From: Kudoa neothunni
Lineage: Eukaryota; Animalia; Cnidaria
Direction: 5' to 3'
Assembly: GCA_964304625.1 (NCBI GenBank)
Contig: OZ199839.1
Span: forward strand, 9,531,979 to 9,595,978
Length of the DNA stretch: 64,000 nucleotides
A model generated the notes under the pieces. It did not search any database and was not told the origin of the DNA. It was given only the letters and a program-made list of their open reading frames with translations. Below, one piece after another: positions 11,900 to 25,600 of this stretch. Made by a program: the position numbers and the translations under genes. How positions within the stretch are numbered: the stretch's first letter is position 1; every line of letters starts with the position of its first letter.

Positions 11900-13343
11900 A
11901 TGAACATTTCCTTATTAGCTTTGATCTATATCGTTTCAAACTGCATTCCACTTTGTTTTCTTGCTGGTAATTCAACTTTATATACACGCATTCTTATTAT
12001 TTTTAGCAGAAACAAAATATGATTTTGAAGCTAATCAAAATCATAGAATTCGATTAAAATCCTATCCTAAAAGATATTACGTCCATAAAGAAACAGCTAC
12101 GTGCAAAGAGTTTGGGTACAGAGGAGCTGGCGGAACTAACTTCAATAATTTTGAGTCTCTCGAAGAATGCGAAAAAGAATGTAATCAGAACTTTATGATA
12201 GATCTTTAAACGGGTGATTCTAGTTGAATTTGATTATGCGAGTCGAGTAGGTGTTTGCACTCAGAGCACCACAACTGATGTTGATGAATCGAGCGATTTC
12301 AATGTTTGTAATAAAGAAAGAGTCACAAGATATTATTTTAAAAGACATGATGGTACCAATGCTGCGAGTTGCAAGACATATAGTTATAAGGGTTGTAACG
12401 AGCCTAAGTACTCATTTCCGAGTGATGCTGCTTGCAAGAACATGTGCTTGAGTATTTTATAATCAATTTTTACAATAATTTTAATTTAAAATAGCAAACC
12501 AAACTGGTCACGCAATACCCAACAAAGTTGATTGCGAAGTGGGAGCAATTTTAACAACAAATGTAGAAAATGAAACCGATATCAAGATTGTACGTGATAA
12601 TGAAAAATCCACCTGTGTTCATGCCATCGTAAATAAAAATGCACCGCGTGGTGTCTTTACTTCATTTACAGAGTGTCAGCAAAAATGTCATGGTATGTCA
12701 AAAAAATTAATTAAATAAGTTAAGTAGAATTAGCTGACGGCGAAATAACTAAAAGATGTGAGTCTGCTGCATACCAACCAACAAATGATGGACATATAAC
12801 AACAAAATATTATTACAACTCTAAAAACAAAATGTGTATGCAAATGTTAGCTGTTGATGTCGAAGTAGACTCAACAAAAAATTATTTTGATACAGCTGCA
12901 GAATGTATTAGTGCTTGTCCCGCTAGTATGTTTCTTTTATTATTTAAAATAATATAATTTTTTGTTTAAAGTTAACGAAAACAAATCAGAAGATAAATTG
13001 CCTGATATTCCATCTGTCTGTAGCGAACCAAAAGAGCCTGGTAATGGAAACGAGGCAAGCACGTTGCCAAAGTGGTACTATGATGAAAATGAAAAAAATA
13101 TGTAAACGATTTGCATATACTGGAATTGGTGGAAACGCAAACAACTTTGAAACTGAAGCTCTTTGCAATTACATTTGCATTGAAGGAATAAATGAAGTTC
13201 AATTACCTGAACCAACAACTACTCCAGAACCCACTACAGAAACTACTACTACTACTACTATTACGGATGACTCAGATGATTCCCTAACCCCCTCAGAACC
13301 TTCCGTAGAACTTGAAGAAGAATCTGAGTCCGGAACGCCGTGA
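11900..13343 (+). CDS. Secreted five-Kunitz-domain protein, copy B (one +1 indel in exon 6)
   Basis: Exons 11900-11966, 12007-12180, 12224-12451, 12495-12692, 12734-12925, 12972-13343, with the same intron positions and phases as copy A. An extra A in the A7 run at 13092-13098 shifts the frame within domain 5. Confidence 0.85.
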
Positions 13344-14487
13344 TGTTGAAGAGGAGGAATAGTAATCATTGACTAATATTACCTATATGGACTGGTATAA
13401 TACATTTTTTAATACTGACTGAAAATATAAAATGACTTAATTTATTATCTTTATAAAATCTTATTATTTCTTGATATTATTAGTCTATTCCTTTCTGGAT
13501 ATATTTTTTCTTGGTGTTAATAGATCTGTAAACGTTTTTGGTATAAAAATATGTAATATTTTTATATGTTTACCAGAAAATATTCAAAAAGTTATTTTTA
13601 CTACATATAACAATTTTTTAACATGTATTAAATCGAACTCAACTCAATGTTGATTGCATATACTTTGAATATTTTAATTTGATAATGGCTATATCTCAGA
13701 CAATGTGTTTTTCAAAAAATTACCCTATAAATTATATTTAACTTTATAATTTTATTTAAAACAATATTTATCATGATTACTTAAACCTGGAAATATATGG
13801 ATTTTTATCAATTACGTTATAACAATAATCCGTGTAAAACTAAAATATAATTTAATTTAATTATACTTTAACATAATACATAAAAAATATTAACTAATAA
13901 TAAAAATTATTCATTATAAGCGAAAATTTTAATTCTTTTCATGAAGAATACAGTAGTCAGTTTCACCAAATCCCAATTTGGTCTATACCTATAATTGAAG
14001 AAGTTTTTAATGTGTGGAGAAAATAAAAATTTTTCACCATATTATTCTGTAATAAGTGAACTTATAGTTTTCAAAAAATTACTTAAATTATTATATTCAC
14101 GAGAGGCACATTTTACTTTTTAAATTTTACACTTCCATAAAATTTTTCGAATCGTTAACATGGACTTTACATCATTAAAAGAAAACATTGTATCAACTTA
14201 ACGATTTTAAAATAATCAATTAATTATTGTGAATATTTTAACAATCCTATTAATCAAAATTAGTTAATTATATGAACTAAGTGAGTGGTATCTATCTGTA
14301 AAATATTTCAATTCCATAGCGTTTACAATATTAAAAAAATTAATCAGAAACTTAAGCGGTGAAATCATCATAGTGTTTTTCTACTATGCGGCTAACATGT
14401 TTATATCTCGTCAAAAATTGTTATGATTTCAGTCTACCTATCGCAAAACCATTGAATCTAATCTCTCGCATTTTCAAAAAGTATACA

Positions 14488-15524
14488 CAGTCGAACCACG
14501 TTTATCTTAAAACGTTGTGCCCTGGTATTTTCCTTTCGGATATTGAAATTCCGGCCAAACTGTTAGTGTGCGCATGTGCGACGAAAAAATTGTATGTTGG
14601 TTACACATTTTAGTTTTCATTATTCAATTTTTTTTATATTTTTAAAGACAGTTATTCCTATATATACACTTTATACTAGTGAATAGAATGTGAAAACATT
14701 ACTTTAAGGTTCAATATTTCCAGATTCAGCGTAGTCGGCGCACGCATACTATCAACATTTGCAACCGTAACACTACTACGCCATATTAGAAAGATACATT
14801 CTAGATTATTATTATTATTATTTATTATTATTAATTCCTTATACTTTATTCTCTATTCGGATATTGTGAGTTTTATTAATAATGATGTTAAAAATAGTTA
14901 AAGTAACATTGAGGAGTATTTTCTCAGCGTATTCCATCAAGATATTTAGAATTTCCTCTTTTATTGAGATTTATCTTATTTCAACAATTTAATAATGATT
15001 AATAATTGTTATGACTCAATAAGAATTAAAAGTGGTAGCGTTGTGGGAAAAACAAACGTGTGAACATTTGTTGAGTTACGTCAACTCCGTGGATATATTA
15101 TATATCGATCGTATGAAATTACTGCTAATTTCGTGATTAAACAATCCTAAAAATTCCGTTGTTTATATTATATTACTTATGAAAAGATTAAGGGAGTTTG
15201 TATTTACTCAACATTATCTGTTCATTATCAACATGATTGCATTTTGAACATAAAACACTAATTATCCACGTTACGTTGTTTCTATTAATCAACCATAAAC
15301 TTAAATTGGATAAATAACGAACATACGTATCATAAAAATAAAAGTAGATACCATTTAAATCAGCCAAAGATCCAGATTTCAAGACATTTTTATTGAAAAA
15401 TTCCGGCAAAAAGTTGTTTCGGTTAAACGGAGTTTTTTATTTAATTTAGAAGCTACTTCTTTTTCGAATAAATTTTAAAAAATCGTTCGGATAGCGCGAT
15501 TTTCGGATAAACGGGGTTTGACTG
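14488..15524. mobile_element. pogo/Tigger-like non-autonomous element (MITE)
   Basis: TIRs CAGTCGAACCACGTTTATC ... GATAAACGGGGTTTGACTG followed by TA. No recognisable ORF. Confidence 0.7.
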
Positions 15525-16986
15525 TAAATAAAAAGTTTCGCATGAATAATCCTTTTTATTATTGGTCAATTATGATAATCAATTAATATATATAATTCTT
15601 TATAAAATATCTAAGAAAATTATATTACGTAAAAATAAAACGATAGAAAAAATTTATAAAAAATAATACAAGAAGTGATGTTCTTTGAATTTTAGAGATA
15701 TTTAGTAATTACTGGTTTGTTACAATTAAATAAGGTTTCTAGTTGATTTTATTTTCCCAATCAACCATAATTCATACTGTGATCATATGGAGTTTTCTTC
15801 TAGATAACAGAATTTTTCTGACGTTCACATATTCTTCCACATAAACTGAGTTCATAATATGTTTGATCTAGAATGTTCCTATATATGTAAAATTTCGACG
15901 CATAATAATAGTTAATTAATTTGAAGAATATGGGCTTTGTTAGTAACATTCGAGTTTTAGGGTCTAAGAATATTCACTGTAAAATTAAAAGATTAATTTA
16001 AGCAAAACAAATCAAAACAAATTAATAGAAAATGAATATATTCTTGATAACTTTTTCAAATACGTTGGTGTAAATTATAACCTCCATTTTGAATTAATGT
16101 TAAAATAAAAAAACAATAATTAAATTTGAATCCTCAAGAAGACACATTTACAACGCATAAAATTGATTCATTTGGGAAAAGGCTTTAAATTTTGTAACCA
16201 GAAAAACAAATCCTAAATTTTTGTTGCGCTTGCTTCAGTTATTATTTTTCTTTCTAACTATTCTTATTCGAGAGTTATACAAAAGAAAATGACTATTTTT
16301 GTTGTAAATAATATTCACGTGTCGTTAATTTTGACTAATTTAATTTGTTTTAAACTCTAAGATCGAAGCTGTGTGTCAGAAATAATTAAATTGAGCAGAA
16401 TTTAAAAAACTAAATCTGTATACAGTTTGTGAGTAAGAGTTTCTATACTTAAAAATTGTAATTGTGTCAATGTACATGTCGCTTAAGATTAAAATTTATC
16501 TTTTAATAATCTGCTATATTTGATTATTTCTGGCCTCATGCTACACTTATAAGAGTCGGAAATCATTATAATCGCGATTAGTCCAAATTATATAATATGG
16601 TTGGTAACGAAAACCACGAAAACACGAACGAATCTTGATCTTGCATCGACGTGAGAATTACATTCAGAGGTTGTGTTAGGGCGACATGATTTATCTTAAA
16701 TGAATATCACACCTTGGCCGGAATATCTTGTGTTGCTCAATAAATGTTGATGTGAATTAATCTCTTCGCCGATTTAAGCTAGAAAAGAAAATGATGTGAA
16801 AAAAAGTAGACGAAATTGACAATGTGAGGGAGACGCTTTAGGGTGTTTTTAAATAAATAAACATGCGCAATAAATTGGCTTATTATATCAACTACGAGCT
16901 ACTATTCTACATCAAAATAGTGGAGTTGTTGCATAAATGTGATAAAGCCTAATGTTAAAAATTTTAGTTCAACCAAATAATGAGTT

Positions 16987-17924
16987 TCATTCTTGAGAAT
17001 CGTCCAGATTAGGCATCGTCCTAAAGAAACGTTGTCTGTATGTTCTAAGAATATTGATGCTGTTTATAATATCACCATGAGCACTAAATAATTTTAAAGG
17101 TTATTTGCGCGTAGGTAATAAATGTTTTAATTGGGAGAGAGTTACCGATGGTTTCCATCGGGAAGTTGTACAAATGTGCCTGCGCCATACCAACGTCTAT
17201 AGTAAGAGTGAATAGACAATACAAACACCAAATCCGATCATACGAAACCAACTCTTTAATACTGGAAACATCAACAATTCGATAATGAAGATGTTCGGAT
17301 ATTTTTGGCATGTGTCTATCGATAAATTTTTTGTCACAATGAATAGAAGACCCTGCAATAGGGCACACACCCTTCGGGGTGTATTTTTGAAGAAACTGTA
17401 AAACCAACTCTTCGGCTTCATCGAGAGATAATTCTGGATTGTTTGCATGCTTCCACAAGACCTGACTTGGTGTGTTGATCTGTGCACCATTCCCCCATAC
17501 CATTCAACACCTCATCCGGCCAATGAATCACATAAGTAGGAGCCTTATTATCAACAATCACATAATCAGATATAAGCAGCACAGTTGGAATAATCACCTC
17601 GGCAATTATTTTCAAATCGCCATCTGTTATTACAGTGGCAATCTCCAGAATCTTATCATTTTCAAAATCTAGGCCTGCACAAACAGATTAATCAAAAATG
17701 TTTATACAAACAAGTTCCAACAAATAACACACCTGTCATCTAAACCAACAACAACAATATTTATTAGATCCAACTCAATACAACAATACTTCCATGTCTA
17801 TCCATATCATATTCCTTGATCTGTCTTCACTCATTTTTTTCAAGAAATATAACTGATTGCGATACAGACGAGAGTAACTCCTTACAAAAAGGTGCACAAA
17901 TCCGACAAAGCGCATCGCACGCAT
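16987..17924 (-). CDS. REXO2: Oligoribonuclease (DEDDh 3'-5' exonuclease), 6 exons
   Basis: Exons 17924 (or 17834)-17790, 17739-17733, 17674-17598, 17543-17244, 17196-17146, 17083-16987. Motifs IWIDME-MTGLD, ILEIATVITDGDL, WCTDQHTKSGL, IHCDKKFI..HMP..HLHYRIVDVSSIKEL, NHRAHGDI. One +1 indel near 17432-17436. Confidence 0.9.
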
Positions 17925-18041
17925 CTGTGCACACCTGTAGTCTGTTATTGTGAAAAAATTGCGCATGGCTTTGATTGTGATGCAGTATTTTATTGATTTT
18001 ATGACAGTGGCTATTCTTAAGGATCCATTTAATCGTCTCTT

Positions 18042-19374
18042 GGGACCGACTATTCTCACGGAAACGAATAACTCCTCCGTTATAGGCGATATTTTAAATA
18101 TGACTTCATATTTGAATAGAGCTATTTTTTAATCTAATTTTTTACGTAAAAATTGTTTGAAATTTAAAGAATAGAAACTCAACATTTTGTCTGCCCTATT
18201 TACATTGTTTAATAAGTACACTCGCATTTTTGAGCCTAATATTGTGTAATATAAACATTGTAATTTGAATGGAAAGTAAAAAAATTTGCTAATACGTAGA
18301 AACTGTTCTGTTCATGCATTCTTGTGTCACCCCACCCATCATGTCTAAATATGAATATGCGCGTGAATCCTATTTGATTATGGGGCGTTCTATTTCTTAA
18401 TTTTAAAGAACTTTGAAATAACTGAAATCTGTAGGACAAATTTATAGATTACATTACGTTGTAGAAGAGAAACTTAAGCTTTTGTAAGATATAAAATACC
18501 ATTTTTTAAAAAATAATCTCGTACTGTTAAAATTTCGAATATGGTTATTTTGGAGAAATTTTGTCGAGCGAACAGCTAAGCTAAACAACCATAGATAGCT
18601 AGTGGATAAGTTGATCAATTCTTCATTGGAGTGAAAATTGATTTTTCTGAACAATTCAAAATGCTCAAGGACAAATTAACAGTTGTTTTAACTCCAACAT
18701 TGTTTATTATAATACTTACTATATTTCTTCGTTGGCTCGCTTTACAAAAGCCAAACAAACGTACCCAAAAAATCACCATTCAAAAATTTTCATTTTATAA
18801 ATTTGCTCATTGAGATTGAGACATTATCAGAGGAATTAGTGCAGACAATTTAGAATCATCTTGCTTGTTAAAATTGATAAATGAGTTTAAATTAAGAAGT
18901 ATAGGTTCTGTATTCACGAATAGGCACCATGAACACCTTTCTCATACTTCTGATTAAAGTAAATACATTTGTAGGGATTAAACAATAAAAACTCCCCGAA
19001 ATTATGGTACAATCTTATAGATACATATGAAAAGTGGTTTACATCGTTGAAAAATAGTTCAAATCCAATTAATATCCATTAATTAACAACAATTTTGTTA
19101 AATTTATATTAAAAAATGTTTAGATACAAACGCACATGTTTCATAAATGATTGGAGATGATTTATTCTAAGTTAAACTGTGTGAGTTGAGACGTATTAAA
19201 CTAAAGGTTTCTAACCACCATTAGATCATAAATGTGTTTACGTTTCGTTCCAATTATAATGTTTATATTATATAAAAAATTAGATTAAAAATAGCTCAAT
19301 TCAAATATGAAGTCAGATTTGAAATATCGCCTGTAACGGAGGGGTTATTCGTTTCCATGAGAATAGCCTCTGCC
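18042..19374. mobile_element. Degenerate DNA transposon with TIRs of about 100 bp, superfamily uncertain
   Basis: 18042-18142 is the near-perfect reverse complement of 19275-19374 (ctattctca.ggaaacgaataac.cctccgtta.aggcgatattt...). No clear TSD. Confidence 0.7.
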
Positions 19375-20799
19375 TAATTTTATATTTGTGATTAATTTAT
19401 TTAAACGATATTATTATTAATTGAATTTTTATCGTTGTTACCACCCGATCATCCACCATAATGTATAGTGATAAATTAGATGTTTCTGTTATAGCTAACA
19501 ACTATACATAAATTATCTCTACACTTCCTTGATTCGTAGCTTTTATACAAAAAAAGAAATTCTGACGCGAAAACAAGCATCTGTAAGTTAAGGATCCCGC
19601 GTCCGTAATACTATTCTCCGTAATATTTTTGAGATCTGAAAGAGATTCCAACGTACATATTATTCGTTAAGTTTTCTAATATTTTAATATATATTTTTAT
19701 TCGAATTTCACATTCACATAAAAATATATCGACTTATTGGTAATTATAATGTCTGTGACTCCAGGAAATCTCCCATTTCCGCGCTTTTTTCACGATTATA
19801 TTTATCAATGAAAAAATAATATCGATGGCAAAGATTCAGCTCTTGAAATTAATTTCTAAATTTTGACCAATTTTGGATTCGGGATAAATCGTCGTCCCGT
19901 GTAATCTCCTTCTTGTTTACAAAAACTTGCCAGTTTCATTATTTGTCACATATTTTAATATATTTGTTATATCAAATCACTTAAATTATTTTTTAAGACA
20001 ATTATTTGAACAACAAGATAATTTAAGTGCTCATTATAATGGTGTTACATTTTACAAACTGATCAAATCAATTTTCTCATGTCCAACCGATGAAATGTAA
20101 CTTTCATTGCGAGTTATTATGTTAAAACATGATATTTAGTTTTTTAATTTTTTCCCGTCAATTTATATTCACTGGATAATATTATATGATTGAATTTGTT
20201 TGAAAATGGGAGCATGAAAGATTTAAATACTATAAAACTTTGAAAGTTGACATTTTAATGTGTCCATTATCTTCAAAAAAAATTAGTAACTGTTATGTTT
20301 GTCATAAAATAATAAAGTATCACACAAATTTCTGGACTACTCTGCTTGAGTAACGTAAAAAATCTGAAACGTTGAAAAAAACATTTTTTAATAGCATTTA
20401 ATAATTGATTTTATGGAAATACAATATTTTGTTAAGAATGCGAATGTAGAATTATTCAAGTGCCATAAATAAACGATAAATTTTTTGAATTTCTTGTCAA
20501 ATAATCCCTATCAGATTTCAAATTCTCCATGTTAATGAATTGAAAAGAAAAATTCTTCCACTATAAAAAATTTTCTTTAACTAAATTCAGAAAATGTTGT
20601 GCGGTAAATACTAGTTTTATCTAATGAATTCTTAAATAACTAACTTATCGTTATTGGAATAGTTTATTTGTCCATTTATGTTAACATCGACTTTTTGAAC
20701 ATAGAAAAAAAAAGACTAAAATATGAATATTTTCAAAAACAAATTTACAATAATACAATTAAAACAAAGATAAATTGTTCTTAAAATGTTGTTGAGAAG

Positions 20800-20975
20800 A
20801 TGTATTCCTTCGCCCATGATAAATCGGTATCATTCTTCAATATGATATTCCTCAAGATATGAGGATGATACTCCCCGTTTTATTCGAAGAAATTTTATTT
20901 TTAAGCTCCCCCAGCATCATTCTATAGTATTTGTGTGGGAACCGTCCTGCATGTATTCTTTCGAGTGACTGACCC
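20800..20975 (-). mobile_element. Merlin (IS1595/ISXO2-like) transposase C-terminal remnant
   Basis: Minus-strand translation VSHSKEYMQDGSHTNTIE*CWGA*K...KRGVSSSYLEEY matches the VNHS..G.HTNTIEG.W motif. Confidence 0.65.
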
Positions 20976-21547
20976 TTTTTGGATTTCTCTTTTTATGATA
21001 GGAGAAATTTTTTTAATTTTCAATGGGTGATTAGCAGAGTATCGCAGTTTTTTCAACCATGTTGAAACTGTTGACAACCGTATCATTTTGATTGGTAATT
21101 AAAATGGTTTCATTCATGCGCCAAATGTATAAATTTTTAAAAAATTTTTATTTTAAGTTTTGAGACGAACCGTCTACAACTGCGTTCGAAAAGAAGGTTT
21201 CATATTTGGAGCTTTGTTCATTAACTTTTAGATACAAATGTATGAACAAATATTTCATAATTAATGACAAACAGCTAATGGTAAACAAAAACGAAGAAAT
21301 GGTTAATCTATTTACTTTTTTATGTAAAAAAATAATTTAAGTGATTTTATATAGTCAATGAGTTGAAATATATGAGGAATAATGAAATTGGGAAGTCATT
21401 TTTGAAGCTGAATTTTTGCTTTCCATATTTTATTAAATAGAATTGTAAAATAACTGGCGCTAAAAAAGATGCAGAAAAAAGGTTCTTTTCAGGTTTCACA
21501 GGCTTTATGATTAACGAAATCAATTTCCCGTAAAAAAAGAATGATCT

Positions 21548-23472
21548 TCATGCAGGCGTTGAGACTTTCATCTGTTAAACGTGATCGTAGGTTGGTTTTT
21601 ATGCTGTTTAGATGTTAGGAGGATTTTTCACATTAATAAGTAGAACCAAACATTGTTAATACAGAAGTACTCACACGATGTAGTGTGGAATTTGTGACAG
21701 GAAGCGCGTTCCAAGTTTTGGCAATCAGTTGATGATCTGCAGGTTGAAGCCTTCTGATTTCTGCCCACTTGCGTTGAATCCCCAACTCTGCTCGCTGCCG
21801 TTCAAGTCTTTCTAAATCGTCATTCATTGAGTTGAACTTATTTATCCCCCATGTCTGAGGCCTTCAGGTCAACAACTTGTAATTCGAAATCTCTGATGGA
21901 AACACCAGGGATATAACTAAAATCAGCGCCATCTACTTCACCCTCATGTGGATGGGTTATAAACTTAAACAGCCGGCGGCGTTCATCAAATTCTCCAAAT
22001 CGCTCTTTGAATGTTTACAGAAGATTAGATGTAAAGCCTGCTAGCTGCTCAAGATCAAAATGCTGAGCGGAGCCACTTAGTGCTAATTAACTCTGGATGC
22101 TCGACATTTTGTATTTTAAGATAAGTCTCACTTTCGCTCAGACAAGCCGCGAAACGGCTGAGTGCCTTCTCCCTTGACAGCCAACGCACGTCGTTGTACA
22201 AAAGCAGGCCGAAATAATTATTCCTAACTTCATCCAGCAGATTCTTAAATAGGCGATCATTTACGCTCGAGAAACAATAAAGTTGACCAGCGACGTCACC
22301 TAACTGTTCGCCTACCATCTGAACACAAAGCTCCTCATGATGTATGATATAATGAAAATTTAAAAATATTTTTCTTTTCATGCCCACAAAGAGGCGATAC
22401 GAATCCCCTGTTTTTACCTACCATATACGGAGCACCATCAGTACACACTGAAATAAGTTTATCCATTGGTAAATTTTTTTTGACGAAATCGGTAAAACGA
22501 CCTTAATAAATTCTCCCCTCTGGTAGTCCCTTTCATGAAAAAAACTGCAAGGCTCTATTCTTGAAATGTGTCGCCAACACTATACACTATAGCTTGCAAT
22601 TACGCTAAATTGTGACGAACTACTCATGTCTGTTGATTCATCCAAAACCAGAGGAAGATGTTACGGTCGTGAACAGTTCTAGCCGACAGAGACATGTTTT
22701 CTATTCTTTGGATTATTTGTTGCTTATCCAAAAAGTCGACAAAAAGTTCATTGGTAACATCAAACATGAATGATTTAACTTTTCCCCGTCTGTGAACGGT
22801 TTTTCCGTTTCTCACAATGGCTAAGGTACTAGCAAAGCTAGCCGAATTCCAATCACCATTTTGGATCCAAACAGGGAGTTGCTGTTGACTAGTTTTCACT
22901 TTTAAAAATAGCTCTCAACGTGCTTTCTCTAGGCTGTCGCCAGCAGGGTATTTTGACGCAAATGTAATATGGCGTGTGTAAAAAGCCCCTGTATATTTTA
23001 CCGTTTCATGGATGAAATTTTATCGTTGCAAATTAGGCACATTGCCAAATTTCCTCTTTCCACAAAGGCAAATTTCATATGTCCACTTCTGCTGAAATGT
23101 ACGATAATCTTCGCCTCTTTTTGGATTATCCATTTTCTACAAGGATTTAACTAAAAAGCGAACGAAACGGAGGAGTTTACTCCTTAATTCTACGACACGA
23201 CTTTGTACAAGCCCTTTTGTATATGCACACAACTACCGCTATTTTAAGAGACAAAATGTGGCAAGCATAATGGAGTAATGTCTGCTACATTTATATAGCA
23301 TGAATTTTAGGGATACATGAATCTATGATACAACGACATACACGTTTGTCTCATTCTAAAATTACTGCGAATCGGATTTCTAATGACCTACCACACATAT
23401 GCGCAAACGAATATAAAAAAAATGTTCTTCTAGCTTATAAGTTTTCGGAGAGCCATAGGTTCCTGATCCGTG
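21548..23472 (-). mobile_element. Decayed hAT (GTF2IRD2/SPIN-like Buster) transposon, 3'-truncated
   Basis: 5' TIR CACGGATCAGGAACCTATGGCTC at 23472. Transposase fragments ICLIC, MSLSARTV, TDGAP, HYIIHHEELC, LYNDVRWLSREKAL, LTMFGSTY, DESLNACMK. Confidence 0.85.
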
Positions 23473-23496
23473 CTCTAGCAGATGAAAAAACAACCA

Positions 23497-24781
23497 CCCT
23501 CCAACGGGCTTTGGGGTAAAAAAGACCCCTAGACTTTTATTCTTTTGATGTATTTATAAAATCATTATAAAGTTATGGGGAAAATATGAGGAGATTCTGC
23601 CCACGGAATATTGAGAAAACAATCAATTACTGCATAATTAATCCTCAGTGATCTGTTCCGGTATGATTAAGTATTATTTCGTAGTAACTCGTGATTAGAA
23701 TGTTAAGTATGTTTAACCCCGTTTGAAATAACGACAAACAAAAAATCATAATGAAAAATAAAATATAAATTCTATTAAAGGCACTCTATGCAGTAAAAAT
23801 GCAGAATACTGACCGTAATCAAAAACAGCCACAACTAACCCAAATCAACCATGATGAATAATTTATTTTTAGTTTTGATCCAACATGAATTTTCATTTAA
23901 TGATTTCTTTTAGATATAAAGATAGTTGTTGTAATCTATTATATATCTCCTAATCCCTCGTAACCATTTTTACAGGTCATAACAGTCAATTGAGAAAAGC
24001 ATCCTTTGTGTATTCTACAACTTAAGTGTGGCAACTGAATTCTATGTGTTGTCACAATTTCTCCATAGCGGTTACCTATTATTAAATGCAGGAATTTATA
24101 AAAAGGAGATTTTTATATTTAGTACAAAAATCAGATATTCAGTTGTAGCAACTGTTTAACTTTAAAACCAAAAATAAATTATTTGAAGAAATTCGGGCAT
24201 TTCTACCATAAATTGTTTAATAAATAGCACACAAGTCAAACGCATAATTGTAGGAATAATTATCAAGCTAACTATAATCTCTCATTGGTGAATGCTGTCA
24301 CGATTCTACAAATATACCTTTAAATTGTTAAAAACCTTATTTATTAGGAGATATTTATCGTTTGCGGGGCTAGTAACATGGATAATTTTGTTTGTTTGGG
24401 GTAATAAACACTGGCGACACATTATTCGTTAAAACAATGGTTAACGACATATATGACGCCACGTAATTAAGCGGATTATCTCGAATAATAATTATTCAAT
24501 TTCTCAATATTTCTCGGGCAGAAATTTTCAAAATCTTCCATATCATTTAGTGATGAATTTCTGCATCCATTGAACTAAAAAAATCTTGGGGTTTATTTTA
24601 CCCCAAAGCCCTTTGGAGGAAAAAAATGTTGTGTGAAAAGATATAATCAATATTTCACATAAATTTGTTACGAATCTATGTATTAAAATAATTTAGAGGA
24701 ATAGATGAAATTTTAAGTATTCTAGCTAATTCTTAAATATTCTATGAACAAAGTAAGACCCTAAACCCGTCAGAGGATTAA
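23497..24781 (-). mobile_element. Internally deleted piggyBac, same family as 43401-45494
   Basis: 23497-23650 is the reverse complement of 45350-45490 (CCCTCCAACGGGCTTTGGGGTAAAAAAGACCCC). 24460-24620 matches 43550-43640. Far end CCCGTCAGAGGA-TTAA. Confidence 0.75.
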
Positions 24782-25600
24782 AAATTTATTTGACGATAAC
24801 AAAAAATTTAATATCCTACAAAACATTAAAATATAAAAGAAAAAAGTAATAGCACATGTCCCGTTTGTGCAATGAGAATTTTTTATCACAGCAACTACAA
24901 CTTACAAGCTGGTTACAGATTAATTAAATATAGTCAAAACAGGTACCATCCGAATATTACTTACCATGCTAATAGCCATTTTTTTGTTTGTTTCATAAAT
25001 ATAATGGTTCTATATTAGGAGTAAGTCAGAACATTTATTTTTGTTATCTTCATCCTTAATCACTGTTGTTTTAAAAATTCTATTGGGTTTCTTTAAAATT
25101 GTTCCCAAACAACACCAGAGCCTATTATAAAAAGAATCCATAAATATAAAAAAACACATCCAAGGCTACAAATCTCAATGTATGCGCAATAAGTATCAAT
25201 TAACCTAGTTAAAAATAGGGCCTAAATAATTTATTTTTTGGAAAAATAGACTTCAGCAAAAGCACTAATCACTTAAGGCAGATCCATCAGTAATGGCCAA
25301 ATTTAACTTAAATTAAATGCCTATAAGACACACGCGAAAGCCATCGCTAATTCCCCTAACTCCTCCAATACAGACTAAGACTAAGTAAACAGCCAACTCT
25401 CTACAACACGATCTATTGACCTTAATCATCCTCCAAGACTACAAGCGACTGACTAACATTCAAAAGTACACAAACGCAGCAGAAAAAGCAAAAAAAGACA
25501 AACACAACAACATCCTAATTTAGTGTTATAAACCAATGTGACTATGTATATATATATCGCGGTGATCAAATTCTAGCGAAAACAAGAACGCCTAGGAGTC

